Translations under genes and position numbers: made by a program | Assembly: GCA_963743525.1 (NCBI GenBank) | Contig: CAVUQH010000002.1 | Span: 1-64,000 of the forward strand | DNA length: 64,000 nt | From: an uncultured delta proteobacterium | GTDB taxonomy: Bacteria; Myxococcota_A; Polyangia; Haliangiales; Haliangiaceae | Direction: 5' to 3' | Part shown: piece after piece, positions 49,878 to 64,000 of the stretch | Position numbering within the stretch: position 1 is the stretch's first letter | Layout: every line of letters begins with the position of its first letter | The notes under the pieces: model-generated | What the model was told of the DNA's origin: nothing | Seen by the model: only the letters and a program-made list of their open reading frames with translations | Database searches by the model: none

Positions 49878-50485
49878 ACTGCGCTCGCTTGTCGATATCC
49901 GCCGAGCAGCTTCTCGACGTACTTCCCGATCATGTCGACTTCCAGGTTGACCGCGGAACCCGCGTGCTTGTTCGCCAGCGACGTCGCGCTGACCGTGTGT
50001 GGAATCAGAGCGACGCCGAAGCTGCGCCCATCCACGGCGTTGACCGTCAGGCTGATGCCGTCCACCGCGATCGAGCCCTTCTCGATCACGTAGCGCAGCA
50101 CCTCGGCCGGGGCGCCGATGTCGATCTCGAGGTTGGCGCCCAGATCGCGGCGGCTGCGCACCTCGCCGACCGCGTCGACGTGTCCCGCGACCATGTGGCC
50201 GCCCAGGCGATCGCCGGCGCGCAGCGCGCGCTCGAGGTTGACCGTTGCCTGCGGCCGGAGCGCGCCCAGCGTCGTCCGCCGCAACGTCTCGGCGCCGGCC
50301 AGCGCCGTGAACTCGCGCGCGCCGATGTCGGTGACGGTCAGGCAGACGCCGTCCACGGCGACCGACTCACCGAGCGACAGCTCGGCGACCGGGATCGCCG
50401 CGGGCGCGATCACCAGCACCGCCGCGTCGCTGCGGCGATCGATGCGGGCGATGCGCCCGACGTCTTCCACGAGGCCGGTAAACAC
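49874..50485 (-). CDS. ribE: Riboflavin synthase
   Basis: [36 protein letters not shown]. Confidence 0.93.
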
Positions 50486-50555
50486 TTGGATTCCTTGACT
50501 AAGCGTACTCTGCCGCCACTCTAGCACGGCCGCGCCAGGCGGGAGCAGCAAAGGA

Positions 50556-51680
50556 TCAGCGCCGCCGGCCGCGACGCCGCGGGCGCAGCGTCAGCGCCAG
50601 GTCGTCACCCAGCCGGCGCGGCTCGCCGATGAAGCGAAATCGCCAGGCGTCGGCCAGCGCCGCGACGCCGCGCCCGCCGATCCATCCCGGGCCGCCGGCG
50701 ACCGCGGTCGGTGCCAGGTAGAGGCGGACCTCGTCGACCAGGCCGGCATCGAGGAAGCCGCGGTGAACCTCGCCCCCACCCTCGACCAGCAGTGACGCGA
50801 CCTCTTCGGCGGCCAGTCGCGAGACCAGGGCAGCGAGGTCGACCCGACGCCGGCGACCCAGCCGCCAGACCTCGGCCCCGGCGCGGACCAGCGCCCGCTC
50901 GCGGGCGGCCGGCGCCGACGCGGTGGTGGCGATGATGACCCGCGCCCTGGACCGGCTGCCGGCGGGAAGCAACCGCGACTTGCGCGGCGTGCGCAGCTGC
51001 GAGTCGACCACCACGCGCACCGGGTCGCGACCGCGGCCGCGCGCGGTCAGGCGCGGATCGTCCGCCAGCACCGTGCCGATGCCGACCAGGATCGCGTCGA
51101 CCTCGCCGCGCAGCGCATGGCCGTCGCGCCGGGCGGCGGTGCCGGTGATCCACTGCGACTCGCCGCTGGCCGTCGCCACCCGGCCGTCCAGCGTCGCGGC
51201 TGCCTTGAGCACGGTGTAAGGCCGGTGCTCGCGCGCCCAGGTGAAGAAGGTGCGGTTGAGCTCGGCGCACTCGTCACGCAGCACGTTGCGGGTGACCTTC
51301 ACCCCGCGCCGCGCCAGCCAGGCGGCCCCGCCACCGTGACCGGGAATCGGATCGTTTCCGCCGATGACCAGGCGCGAGATGCCGGCCGCCAGCACCTTGG
51401 GCGCACACGGCTCCGTGCGGCGCTTGCTGGTGTGCTTGCACGGCTCGAGGTTGACGTACAGCGTGCAGCCGGGGGCGCTGCCGCCGACCGCTGCCATCGC
51501 CTCGGCCTCGCCGTGGGGCCCACCGAGCTTCTTGTGCCAGCCCTCGGCGATCAGCTCACCGCGCGGTGAAACGATGACGCTGCCGACCAGCGGGTTGGGC
51601 GACACTCGCCCTGCCCCGCGCCGGGCCAGCTCCAGGCAGCGCGCCATCCAGCGCTCGTCGTCGGCCGACGCCCGCGCCAC
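50556..51680 (-). CDS. ribD: Bifunctional riboflavin deaminase/reductase
   Basis: PNPLVG, HGE, LEPC, SQWIT, VEGG. Confidence 0.93.
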   Translation of the reverse strand: MARASADDERWMARCLELARRGAGRVSPNPLVGSVIVSPRGELIAEGWHKKLGGPHGEAEAMAAVGGSAPGCTLYVNLEPCKHTSKRRTEPCAPKVLAAGISRLVIGGNDPIPGHGGGAAWLARRGVKVTRNVLRDECAELNRTFFTWAREHRPYTVLKAAATLDGRVATASGESQWITGTAARRDGHALRGEVDAILVGIGTVLADDPRLTARGRGRDPVRVVVDSQLRTPRKSRLLPAGSRSRARVIIATTASAPAARERALVRAGAEVWRLGRRRRVDLAALVSRLAAEEVASLLVEGGGEVHRGFLDAGLVDEVRLYLAPTAVAGGPGWIGGRGVAALADAWRFRFIGEPRRLGDDLALTLRPRRRGRRR

Positions 51681-51683
51681 GGT

Positions 51684-52151
51684 CTACAGGTCGCCCTCGC
51701 GCCGTTTGATCAGCTCGCCGAGCTCGTGAACGAACTCGTCGATGTCGCGAAAGTCGCGGTAGATCGACGCGAAGCGGACGTAGGCGACCTCGTCGAGCGC
51801 GCGCAGCCGCGGCAACACCCGCTCGCCGACGTCGCGCGACTGGATCTCGGTGACGCCCAGCTCGCACACCTCGCGCTCGACCTCGAGCGCCAGCTCCTGG
51901 ACCTTCTCCATCGCCACCGGCCGCTTCTGCACCGCGTACTTGAGGCCTTTGACGACCTTGTTGCGGTCGAACGGCTCGCGGCGGCCGTCCTTCTTGACCA
52001 CCTGGGGCAGCGCATCCTCGATCCGCTCGTAGGTGGTGTAGCGGCGGGTGCACTCGGCACACTCGCGGCGCCGGCGGATCTCTCGCGCGTCCTTCGACTG
52101 GCGCGAGTCGATGACCTTGTCCTCGAGCGAGCCGCAGAACGGGCAGCGCAT
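51684..52151 (-). CDS. nrdR: Transcriptional repressor NrdR
   Basis: MRCPFC...RRRREC...RYTTYE, ATP cone, [10 protein letters not shown]. Confidence 0.96.
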   Translation of the reverse strand: MRCPFCGSLEDKVIDSRQSKDAREIRRRRECAECTRRYTTYERIEDALPQVVKKDGRREPFDRNKVVKGLKYAVQKRPVAMEKVQELALEVEREVCELGVTEIQSRDVGERVLPRLRALDEVAYVRFASIYRDFRDIDEFVHELGELIKRREGDL

Positions 52152-52154
52152 GCC

Positions 52155-52631
52155 CTACTCCGTGGGGTCTCCGCCGTGGCCGTCGGCCGGCTTGTGCTCG
52201 AGCTGGCCGATCTTCTCGATGCGCCGCTGGTGACGGCCGCCCTCGAACGAGGTGTCGCGAAACACCTTGACCGCCTGTTCGGCGACGCCCGATCCGGTGA
52301 CCCGCGATCCGATGGCGATGACGTTGGCGTCGTTGTGCGCCCGCGCCGCCTGCGCGGTGAACGTATCGGTCACCACGGCTGCGCGGATGCCGACGATCTT
52401 GTTGGCAGCGATCGAGATACCGATGCCGGTACCGCAGACGACCAGCCCGCGCGCCTCGCCCTCGGCGGCGACGACGCGACGGCCGACCTTGGCGCCGTAG
52501 TCGGGATAGTCGACCGATTCGTCGGAATCGGTGCCGATGTCGATGACCTCGTCACCCAGTCCGCGCAACAGCTTGACCAGCCGTCGCTTGAGCTTGTAGC
52601 CCGCGTGGTCCGATCCGGCGTACCACTTCAC
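52155..52631 (-). CDS. rpiB: Ribose-5-phosphate isomerase B
   Basis: SDHAG, DYPD, CGTGIG, HNDAN, FEGGRH. Confidence 0.95.
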   Translation of the reverse strand: MKWYAGSDHAGYKLKRRLVKLLRGLGDEVIDIGTDSDESVDYPDYGAKVGRRVVAAEGEARGLVVCGTGIGISIAANKIVGIRAAVVTDTFTAQAARAHNDANVIAIGSRVTGSGVAEQAVKVFRDTSFEGGRHQRRIEKIGQLEHKPADGHGGDPTE

Positions 52632-52633
52632 GG

Positions 52634-53888
52634 TCAGTCTCCTTTGTACCGCGCCAGCGCGAGGCTGGCGTTGGTGCCGCCGAAACCGTACGAGTTGGAC
52701 ATCGCCACGTCAACCACCAGCTCACGCGGCTGGTTGGGCACGTAGTCGAGGTCGCACTCGGGATCCGGTGTCGTGTAGTTGATGGTCGGCGGGATGACGC
52801 CGCGGCTGAGCACCAGGGCGGTGATCGCTGTCTCGATCCCTCCGGCCGCGCCCAGCGCGTGGCCGGTCATCGACTTGGTCGACGACATCGGCAGCTTGTG
52901 CGCGTGATCGCCGAACACCGTCTTGACCGCCGCGGTCTCGTTCTTGTCGTTGAGCTGGGTCGACGTGCCGTGGGCATTGATGTAGCCGACACTGCTCGGG
53001 TCGATCTTGCCGTCGGCCAGCGCCTTGCGCATGCACCGGGCCGCGCCCACGCCTCCGGGCGCCGGAGCGGTAATGTGGTGGGCGTCGGAGTTGGCGCCGT
53101 AGCCGATGACCTCGGCGTAGATGCGAGCGCCGCGGCGCTTGGCGTGCTCGAGCTCCTCCAGCACGACCACGCCGGAGCCCTCGCCGATGACGAAGCCGTC
53201 GCGGTCCTTGTCGAACGGGCGGCTGGCGTGCATCGGGTCGTCGTTGTTGGTCGACAACGCGCGCATGGCGTTGAAGCCGCCGACGCCGAGCACCGAGATG
53301 GTCGACTCGGTACCACCGGCCAGCATCGCGTCGCACTCGTTCCAGCGGATCAGCCGGGCGGCTTCACCGATGGCGTGGGCGCCGCTCGAGCAGGCCGACA
53401 CGTGGGAGAAGTTGGGACCCCGGGCGCCCGTCTGGATCGACAGGTAGCCCGGCGTCATGTTGATGATGAGGTCGGCCACGAAATAGGGCGAGAAGGCGTG
53501 GCGCGGGCTCTTGTCGATGGTGCCCTGATAGCCCTGCTCGATGGTGCGCACACCACCCAGGCCGGAGCCGACATAGATGCCCCAGCGGTCCTCTTCGCCC
53601 TCGGGAACTCTGCGTCCCTCGTAGCCCGCGTCGTCCATCGCCATGTAGCCGGCAGCCACTCCGAACTGCAGGAACAGGTCGAGATGCCTGAGCTCCCGCT
53701 TCTCGAAGTACTTGGTTCCGTCCCAATCTTTCACTTCGCACGCGAAGTGCGTCTTGTACTGCTCGTGATCGAAGTGAGTGATCGGGCCGGCGCCGCTCTT
53801 GCCGGCGACCAGGCCCGACCACGTCGAACTCGAGATCGTTCCCGAGCGGCGTAACCAGTCCGATTCCGGTGATGACGACACGACGCAT
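52634..53888 (-). CDS. fabF: Beta-ketoacyl-ACP synthase II (one frameshift at ~53827)
   Basis: [10 protein letters not shown] start; [24 protein letters not shown]; removing one A at 53827-53828 joins the frames. Confidence 0.92.
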
Positions 53889-53897
53889 GGACAACCT

Positions 53898-54140
<243 letters not shown>

Positions 54141-54208
54141 TCCAGTAACTCCGTTTTGGGAAAGTGTCGTTGGGAGGCTGCGTACCTTACATCAACAGCC
54201 CGGCGGAT

Positions 54209-54975
<767 letters not shown>

Positions 54976-54979
<4 letters not shown>

Positions 54980-55899
54980 GCCTCCCATCCACTCACCTCG
55001 TGAGGCTCGCCCACGGTGGTCACGTCGATCTCCTTGGCCACGCGCTTGACCAGCCCGCGCAACACCGAGCCGGAGCCCAGCTCCAGCGCCCGCGTCACGC
55101 CCATGTCGGCGAGGGCGCGCACGCTCTCCTCCCAGCGCACCGGCGAGGTCACCTGGTCGACCAGGAGCTGCTTGACCACGGCGCTGTCGCTGTTGGCCGC
55201 GGCGGTGACGTTGGCCACCACCGGTACCTTCAGCGGGCCGACCTCGATGGAGGCCAGCGCCTCCTTCAGCTGATCGGCGGCCGGCGCCATCAGCGCACAA
55301 TGGAACGGTGCGCTGACCTGAAGGATGACGGCCCGCTTGGCCCCCTTGTCCTTGGCCAGGGGCACCGCCCGCTGCACCGCTTCGGCGTGGCCGGAGATCA
55401 CGATCTGGCCGGCGCCGTTCATGTTGGCCGGCGACACCACCTGGCCCTGCGCCGCCTCTTCGCATACCGCGCGCACGGCGTCGGCGTCGAGGCCCATCAG
55501 CGCGGCCATGCCGCCTTGCCCCTCGGGCACCGCCGCCTGCATCGCCTTGCCGCGCAGGTGGACCAGCTTGACCGCGTCGGCGAAGCGCAGCGCGCCGGCG
55601 GCGACCAGCGCGCTCCACTCTCCCAGCGAGTGACCGGCGGCCACATCGAAGGTCAGCCCCTTGGTCTCTTCCAGCGCGCGCAGGACCGCGATCGAGTTGG
55701 TCAGGATCGCCGGCTGGGTGTTCTCGGTGCGGGTCAGCTCGTCTTCCGGGCCGTCGAAGCAGATCTTCGAGATGGCGTAGCCGAGGGCGTCGTCGGCCTC
55801 CTCGAACACGCGCCTGGCCGCGGTGAACTCGATCGCCAGATCGCGGCCCATGCCGACCCGCTGCGATCCCTGTCCGGGAAACAAGAGTGCAGTCTTCAC
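54976..55899 (-). CDS. fabD: Malonyl-CoA:ACP transacylase
   Basis: FPGQGSQ, GHSLGE, SAPFH, PVRW. Confidence 0.95.
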
Positions 55900-55909
55900 A
55901 ATCTTCTCC

Positions 55910-56910
<1,001 letters not shown>

Positions 56911-56914
<4 letters not shown>

Positions 56915-57936
56915 GTGCCCTCTGCCCGAATGCCTACCCAGAGGGACGCATGGCGCGCAATCGCTGCGGTGAGGTTTTCGATGAGATGTCCTCGCGCCTC
57001 GTCGTCGGCGGACTTGATGGCGTTCTTGATCGCGTGTTCGTCGCTACGCCCGTGGCAGATCATGACCACCCCGTCAACACCGCCGAGCAACGCGCCGCCA
57101 CGCTCACGGTAGTCCAGCGTACGCCGCAGGTCGTCGACGATCGGGTTGGCCAGACCAGTGCCGACGCGCGCCTGCGCCATCTGCACCATCGCTTCGGACA
57201 GTCCCTCGGCCAGCTTGAGCACGACGTTGCCGGTAAACCCATCGGTGGCGACGACGTCGATGCGGCCGGAGAAGAGGTCGGATCCTTCGACGTATCCGAT
57301 CAGCTCGAAGGCGGCGTCGGGATCGGCAGCCATGCGCTCGAGCAACTCCAGCGCCGCGCGGGTCAGCGCGGTGCCCTTGCCCGGCTCGGTGCCGTTGGAC
57401 AGGATGCCCACCCGCGGCCGCGCGCGCCCGTGGGCCAGGCGATCGTACTCGCAGCCGAGCAGGCCGAACTGCGCCAGCATGGTCGGCTTGACCTCGACGT
57501 TGGCGCCGGTGTCGCACAGCACCAGTGGTCCCGCCACCGTCGGCAGCACCGACACGATGGCCGGGCGCTCGATGCCGCGGATGCGACCCAGGGCGAAGGC
57601 GCTGGTCGCCAGCATCGCGCCAGAGTTGCCGGCCGAGACCACCGCCTGGGCTTCGCCGCGGGCGACCATCTCGACGGCCAGCCGCATCGAGCTGTGCGGC
57701 TTCTGCTTGAACACCCGCGCGGGGTGGTCGTCCATGGTCACCGCCTGCGGGGCGTGGACCACGCGAATGCCGTCGTCGGGAGCCACGCCGTGCTTGGCCA
57801 GCTCGGCGTGCACGAGCTCGGCATCGCCGACCAACGCCACCGTCACCGGGAGCTCGCGCACGGCCTTTGCGGCACCGGCGACCTCGGCCGCGGGGGCGGA
57901 GTCACCGCCCATTGCGTCGACGGCGATGACGTTCAT
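56911..57936 (-). CDS. plsX: Phosphate acyltransferase PlsX
   Basis: IAVDAMGGD, SAGNSGA, DGFTGN, ICHG. Confidence 0.95.
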
Positions 57937-57981
57937 CGGCCGGCTCGAATGTCTGAGGCGCGCGGGGGCGCCTCGCCACGC

Positions 57982-58185
57982 TTACTCGTCGGCCTCGGTC
58001 GAGGCGACTTCGATGACCTTGCTGCCGCCGTAGCTGCCACAGGCCATGCACACGCGGTGCGGAACACGGGGCGCACCGCAGTCAGGGCACGCCTGCACGG
58101 TGGCCTTCTTGCCGGCGCCGCGCGACCACGCCGAGCGACGGTTGCGAATGCGAGAGGGGCCGAGTCTGCGTTTCTGAAGTGCCAT
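57982..58185 (-). CDS. rpmF: 50S ribosomal protein L32
   Basis: MALQKRR...CPDCG...PHRVCMACGSY. Confidence 0.92.
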   Translation of the reverse strand: MALQKRRLGPSRIRNRRSAWSRGAGKKATVQACPDCGAPRVPHRVCMACGSYGGSKVIEVASTEADE

Positions 58186-58193
58186 GATGTCCT

Positions 58194-58745
58194 CTAGAGC
58201 TTGATGTCCTTGAGCGCCGCCAGGCGCGGGTCGATGACGGCGCGGTCACAACCGCACTCGCCGGCGTTCAGGTCGGCGCCGCAAACCGAGCACAATCCTC
58301 GGCAGTCGGGCCGGCACAGTGGAGCGTAGGGAACCGCGAGGATGATCTGCTCGCGGAGCAGAGGCTCGAGGTCGATCTCGTCCTCGTCGTAGGGATAGAC
58401 GTCGAGGTCGTCCTCGGTCAGCTCGAGATCGTCCTCGCTTCCGCCCTCGGGGATCTGCGCCCGCGGCATGAAGGTGACCGCGACCTTGTCGGCGAACTCG
58501 ACCCGGGCCGGGCCGACGCAGCGACTGCAGGCGACCTCGAGCCAGCCGCGAATCGTGCCGCGCGCAAAGACGTTGGTGCTGTCGGCGTACAGCTCGATGT
58601 CGGCCTCGCCCTGCCCCGCGTCGGGGTCGTCGGCGGGCCGCTCCAGCGCCTGGCGAATCGGCAGCTCGGCGATGGCCGTGCGCACGAACTCCGTGCCCAG
58701 CGTGATCTGCTGGTGCGCCGGTAGGTCCGCGATGCGAACCTTCAT
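58194..58745 (-). CDS. yceD: DUF177/YceD family protein (alternative start 58763)
   Basis: CSRC, IDLEPLLREQIIL, CRPDCRGLCSVCG, DPRLAAL; upstream of rpmF. Confidence 0.88.
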   Translation of the reverse strand: MKVRIADLPAHQQITLGTEFVRTAIAELPIRQALERPADDPDAGQGEADIELYADSTNVFARGTIRGWLEVACSRCVGPARVEFADKVAVTFMPRAQIPEGGSEDDLELTEDDLDVYPYDEDEIDLEPLLREQIILAVPYAPLCRPDCRGLCSVCGADLNAGECGCDRAVIDPRLAALKDIKL

Positions 58746-58779
58746 GGAGGTGCCCTGCCGCATGATTCGGAAGCAGCGT

Positions 58780-58807
58780 ACTATATGGACCGCCGCCCCT
58801 CTGTCAA
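58780..58807 (-). promoter_or_regulatory. Sigma70-type promoter of the yceD-rpmF-plsX-fab operon
   Basis: TTGACA (58807-58802), 16 nt, TATAGT (58785-58780). Confidence 0.7.
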
Positions 58808-58837
58808 GAACCGAATGATCCCGCGTGCATAAGCAAA

Positions 58838-58869
58838 CGGCGGGTCGCGCCGTGAAGCGCAACCCGCCG
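58838..58869 (-). terminator. Probable intrinsic terminator after the lipoprotein gene
   Basis: 13-bp GC-rich stem with 6-nt loop, followed on the minus strand by TTTGCTT. Confidence 0.5.
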
Positions 58870-58900
58870 GAATCAATCAGATCGTTACGGTGTTGCGGGC

Positions 58901-59230
58901 CTAGTTGGCGCCGCCACCGGCCTCGTCGGCACCGCCGCCCGCCTCGCGGACCTTCTTGCGGCACTCGCTCCACTTGTCGTCCATCGGCGCGAGCTCCTTG
59001 CCGATCTTCTTGCCGTTCTCCTTGTCGTCCTTGTACTTCTCGCGGAACTCCTTCTTCAGGGCGCTCCGCTTGTCCCGGACCTTGTCCAGGCAGTCCTGGT
59101 CCTTGCAGGCACAGGCCTCGTCGATGAGCTTCTGGTACTTGTCCTTCCACTCACCGGCGTCGCCGCCGCAGGCAGAAAGGGCAAACGAAAGAGTCGCGGC
59201 CACGAGGCCGAGCTTCACGAGCTTGATCAT
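58901..59230 (-). CDS. Small Cys-containing lipoprotein
   Basis: LSAC lipobox, ACACKDQDC motif, AGGAGGA RBS. Confidence 0.8.
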   Translation of the reverse strand: MIKLVKLGLVAATLSFALSACGGDAGEWKDKYQKLIDEACACKDQDCLDKVRDKRSALKKEFREKYKDDKENGKKIGKELAPMDDKWSECRKKVREAGGGADEAGGGAN

Positions 59231-59382
59231 CAGATGGTCCTCCTCGGTGGGCCGAGGAGGTCCCCACCTACCCCGGCAAACTCCGAATCTCGCTGGCCGC
59301 GACCCGGGCCGTCAAGGCGGGGCGAAGAAAACTCACCCCGCCCGCCGGGCCGGGTGTTAGCGTCCGGCCGCTTGGAGGGGCC

Positions 59383-60672
59383 GTGCGTCGCATCACCATC
59401 ATCCTCGCCGTCGCGATCGTCACCTTGTTGCCACGCCCCGCGCGCGCTGCGAACACGGTTGGAATCAATACCCATATCCCCGCTCCCGAGGTCATCGACC
59501 TGGTGGTCGAGCTGGGTGCCAGGTGGATTCGGGTGGACGACAACTGGCCGGATCATCCGGATCCGTGCAGCCAGTCGATTGGCTGGCTGCCGGCCCTGGA
59601 TACCGCGGTCGATTACGCCGTGGCCCACGGGCTGTCGGTCTACATGACCCTGGCCTACACGCCGGCGTGCGCCTCCGCCGGCGACGGTGCCGGCGACGGG
59701 CCGCGCAACGACGTGCCGCAGGCCGCGCTCTACCACAGCTTCGTCCGCCAGACCGTGGCCCACTACCGGGCCAAGGGCGTGACCCACTTCGGCCTGTGGA
59801 ACGAGCCCAACCTGAGCGGTTTCTTCGAGGGCGACGGCAACGCCTACGTCAACGACGTCGTCGTGCCGGGCATGGCCGGCATCGCGCAGGGCTGCGCCGA
59901 CGCCGGCTACTCCGATTGCCTGGCGCTGGGGCCCGACCTGGCTCACGTCGGCGACTACGACGTCTTCCTCGACGCCGTGCTGCAGCGCATGGCGCAGTCG
60001 TCGCTGCGGTTCGACATCTTCACCCATCACATCTACCAGGGCTTCGACGTCGCCATCTACGACGGCGACTCGTTCATCAACGCCCTCGACACGCGCCGGT
60101 TCCCGTTCACCCGCCGCTCGCTGGTCAACGTCCTCACCGACAACGGCCTGGCCTCCGGTGGCGTGCCCGCGATCGAGGTGTGGCTGACCGAGACCGGCTA
60201 CCGCGCCAACCCGCCCACCGACGCCGGTGAGATGGCGACGCAGAAGAGCTTCTACATGAGCGTCATCGACCAGCAGCTGGCGCGATCCTGGTACACCAAC
60301 ACCTTCTTCTACGAGATCGTCGACTCGATGGACAGCATCGACGGCTTCGGCATCACCCGGCGCGACGGCATGGGTGGCTTCACCCGCAAGCCCGCGTTCG
60401 ACGCCTTGCGCGACCGCATCGCCTCCGAGCCGGAGCTCAACGGCACCGCCGCCGAGCCCGACGCCGGACCGGGACCGGGACAGCCCGACGCCGGGCCGGG
60501 ACCGAGCAGTCCCGATGGTGGCAGCGGCGGCGGCGGTCCCGATGGCGGCGGCGGTGGCAACGGCAGCGGTGACGGCACCGGTTCGGGCGGCTGCAGCACC
60601 GGCGGCGGCGGCGCGGGAGCGCTGCTCCTGGCCGGCCTCGCGCTACTGTTCGCGCGCCGCCGGCGACGCTAG
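59383..60672 (+). CDS. Secreted clan GH-A glycoside hydrolase with MYXO-CTERM anchor
   Basis: Signal peptide, WNEPN acid/base, WLTETG nucleophile, Gly/Pro linker, GGCSTGGGGAGALLLAGLALLFARRRRR. Confidence 0.8.
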   Translation: MRRITIILAVAIVTLLPRPARAANTVGINTHIPAPEVIDLVVELGARWIRVDDNWPDHPDPCSQSIGWLPALDTAVDYAVAHGLSVYMTLAYTPACASAGDGAGDGPRNDVPQAALYHSFVRQTVAHYRAKGVTHFGLWNEPNLSGFFEGDGNAYVNDVVVPGMAGIAQGCADAGYSDCLALGPDLAHVGDYDVFLDAVLQRMAQSSLRFDIFTHHIYQGFDVAIYDGDSFINALDTRRFPFTRRSLVNVLTDNGLASGGVPAIEVWLTETGYRANPPTDAGEMATQKSFYMSVIDQQLARSWYTNTFFYEIVDSMDSIDGFGITRRDGMGGFTRKPAFDALRDRIASEPELNGTAAEPDAGPGPGQPDAGPGPSSPDGGSGGGGPDGGGGGNGSGDGTGSGGCSTGGGGAGALLLAGLALLFARRRRR

Positions 60673-62237
60673 TTGCCGCTGCTACTGGCGGCCGCCAGCG
60701 CCGCGCCGCCGACGAACAGCAGCGCCGCCAGGTCCTTGTCGTTGAACCGCAGCTGAGCGCCGAGGAACCAGTCGCGGCCGAACTTGTACGACGGCTCCTC
60801 GAACTGGTGCGGCACCGAGAAGCCGTCGTCGGCGATCGGGATCGAGTCCGGCTTGTTGAGCGCGTCGTCGATGCCGCCGAGCACGTACATGTGGCGGAAG
60901 ACCTCGAGCACCGCCGCCAGCTTGACCCGCGGCAGTCGGTCGAAGCTGGCGTCGAAGACGTCGAGCGACATCTTGAGCTTGTCGTTGAACCAGAACGTAT
61001 CCAGACCGACGCCACCCGCCGACTCCTTGACGCCGTAGCGGAACTGCGCCCAGCCCAGGCGCTTGCCGAACTGGAACGTGAAGCGGACCCGGTCGCGAAT
61101 GATGAACTGCTTCTGGCACGGATTGTCGGCCGCGCTGCAGGTGAGCGAGGTGTCGGGGTAGCCACCCTCGGGCCCCTTCACCAGCTCGAGGTAGTAGAAC
61201 TTGTCCGGCCGGGTGTTGATGTCGACGGTGATGTAGCTGCGCACGCCGCCGTTGCGGAAGGTGTACTCGCTGCGCAGCCCGACGTAGGTCTGCATGCCGA
61301 ACAGCGTGCCGAGGAAGCCCTTGGCGTCGTCGCTGATGTCGGTGAGGTTGTCGGCCAGCGTCGAGTCGTTGACCAGGCGGCCCAGGGTGCCCTGGTCGTC
61401 GTCGATCTTCTTCGCCACCGAGGTGCTGTGGGTCATCAGATCGTCGACCATGTCGAGCTTTTCGCGCACCTTGGCCCCGGTGTCCTCGACCTCCTTGCGC
61501 GCGCTGGTCACCAGCCCCTTGGCCTCGGCCGATGCCTCGTCGAGGTTGTCGAGGATCTTGTCGACCCGCTCGGGCGCATCCTTGCTGACCGCGCGGATGT
61601 CGGCGGTGATCTGCTCGATGCGCGCCAGGCTGCGATCGGTGCGCTCGAGGATGGTGGCCACCCGACCCGACTCGGACTGCACCAGGTCGTCGATACGGTT
61701 GGCGATGTTGGCGATCGGCCCGCGAAGCAACTGGCGAGCGTCCTCGCTGAGGTCCTTGATCGGAGATCAGCGCCTCGTCAACCCGCGGCAAGGTCTGGTC
61801 AACCCGGCGGAACAGCTGTTCGACCGTGGTCGCCTCGACCACCATCGGCACCTGCTCGCCGGGCTTGAGCAGGCGGTTCTTGGTGCCGTCCTCGGCCAGC
61901 TCCCCGCCCGGATCGAGCTCGAGATAGAACGTGCCCAGGAGCGACGTGGTCTTCTTGTAGACCACCGCGTTCGACCACACCTGCACGTCGCCGCGCACGT
62001 CGAAGTCGATGCGCGCCTGGCGGCCCTCGATCGACAGGCCGGTGATCTCGCCGACCGGCAGGCCGGCGATCACCACCTGCGATCCGACCGGCAAGCCCGA
62101 CGCATCGCGGAACTTGGCGTACAGCGGGTAGGCGTTCTTGCCCGACGGCTGGCTGCCGACGCTCCGCCACACGGCGTAGGCGGCGATCACACCGACCAGC
62201 GTCAGGATGCCTACCTTGACCCCCTGTGACAGCCACT

Positions 62238-62241
<4 letters not shown>
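60669..62241 (-). CDS. mlaD: MlaD/MCE family protein (one frameshift at ~61762)
   Basis: FRDASGLPVGSQVVIAGLPVGEI MCE motif, helical region, GTLGRLVND; removing one G joins the frames. Confidence 0.85.
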
Positions 62242-63913
<1,672 letters not shown>

Positions 63914-63915
63914 TG

Positions 63916-64000
63916 CTACTGGTAGACCCGGGGGACGCGCTTGGATACGCCGCAGGTCACCTCGTAGGGGGATACGCCCGCCTGCTCCGCCAGCTCCCCG
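63916..64000 (-). CDS. alr: Alanine racemase, C-terminal fragment (continues beyond the window)
   Basis: GELAEQAGVSPYEVTCGVSKRVPRVYQ* matches the Alr C-terminal YE..C....RVPRVY motif. Confidence 0.75.
   Translation of the reverse strand, partial: GELAEQAGVSPYEVTCGVSKRVPRVYQ

Noticed and set aside
50486..52160. FMN riboswitch for the rib genes
   Set aside because: Intergenic gaps are too short and show no RFN consensus
52634..53888. fabF (also scpA, mlaD, CHAD) as pseudogenes
   Set aside because: Single-base shifts with all motifs intact in conserved operons; sequencing error is more likely
63929..63975. GGGGAC sequence near the window end as a third MITE
   Set aside because: Lies inside the alr coding sequence and has no inverted partner in the window

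Overview
High-GC bacterial chromosome segment, most likely Myxococcota of the Haliangium/Kofleriaceae type (inferred from a BMC-T shell protein closely resembling the satellite BMC-T I recall from Haliangium ochraceum, a MYXO-CTERM protein and a Che8-like cluster beside nusB/rib). Bases 1-7428 are the right part of an element integrated at an initiator tRNA-fMet. It carries a large serine recombinase, an RHH regulator, a membrane-anchored lytic transglycosylase, tandem paralogous membrane proteins, several small unknown proteins and a frameshifted Cys-His-Asp (transglutaminase-like) protein; this looks like a tailless provirus rather than a tailed phage. Two of its genes are bracketed by a 39-bp near-perfect inverted repeat confined to the intergenic gaps. 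The rest is mostly core genome: CHAD-ParA, CHASE2 cyclase, a MarR-BKACE-carboxyltransferase-acyl-CoA dehydrogenase operon, an unusual SecD-SecY fusion, cysQ, a K+ channel, tldDE, BMC-T, rluB-scpBA-S2P-xerD, a receptor-less chemosensory cluster, a probably inactive Lon-like lipoprotein, nusB-rib-nrdR-rpiB, the fab/plsX/rpmF operon and mlaDFE-alr. Two GGGGAC...GTCCCC MITE/REP-like elements occur, and many genes look leaderless. Single-base frameshifts in conserved genes (fabF, scpA, mlaD) suggest sequencing indel errors, so frameshifts here should not be read as pseudogenes without read support. All family calls are by eye from motifs; no database searches were run.
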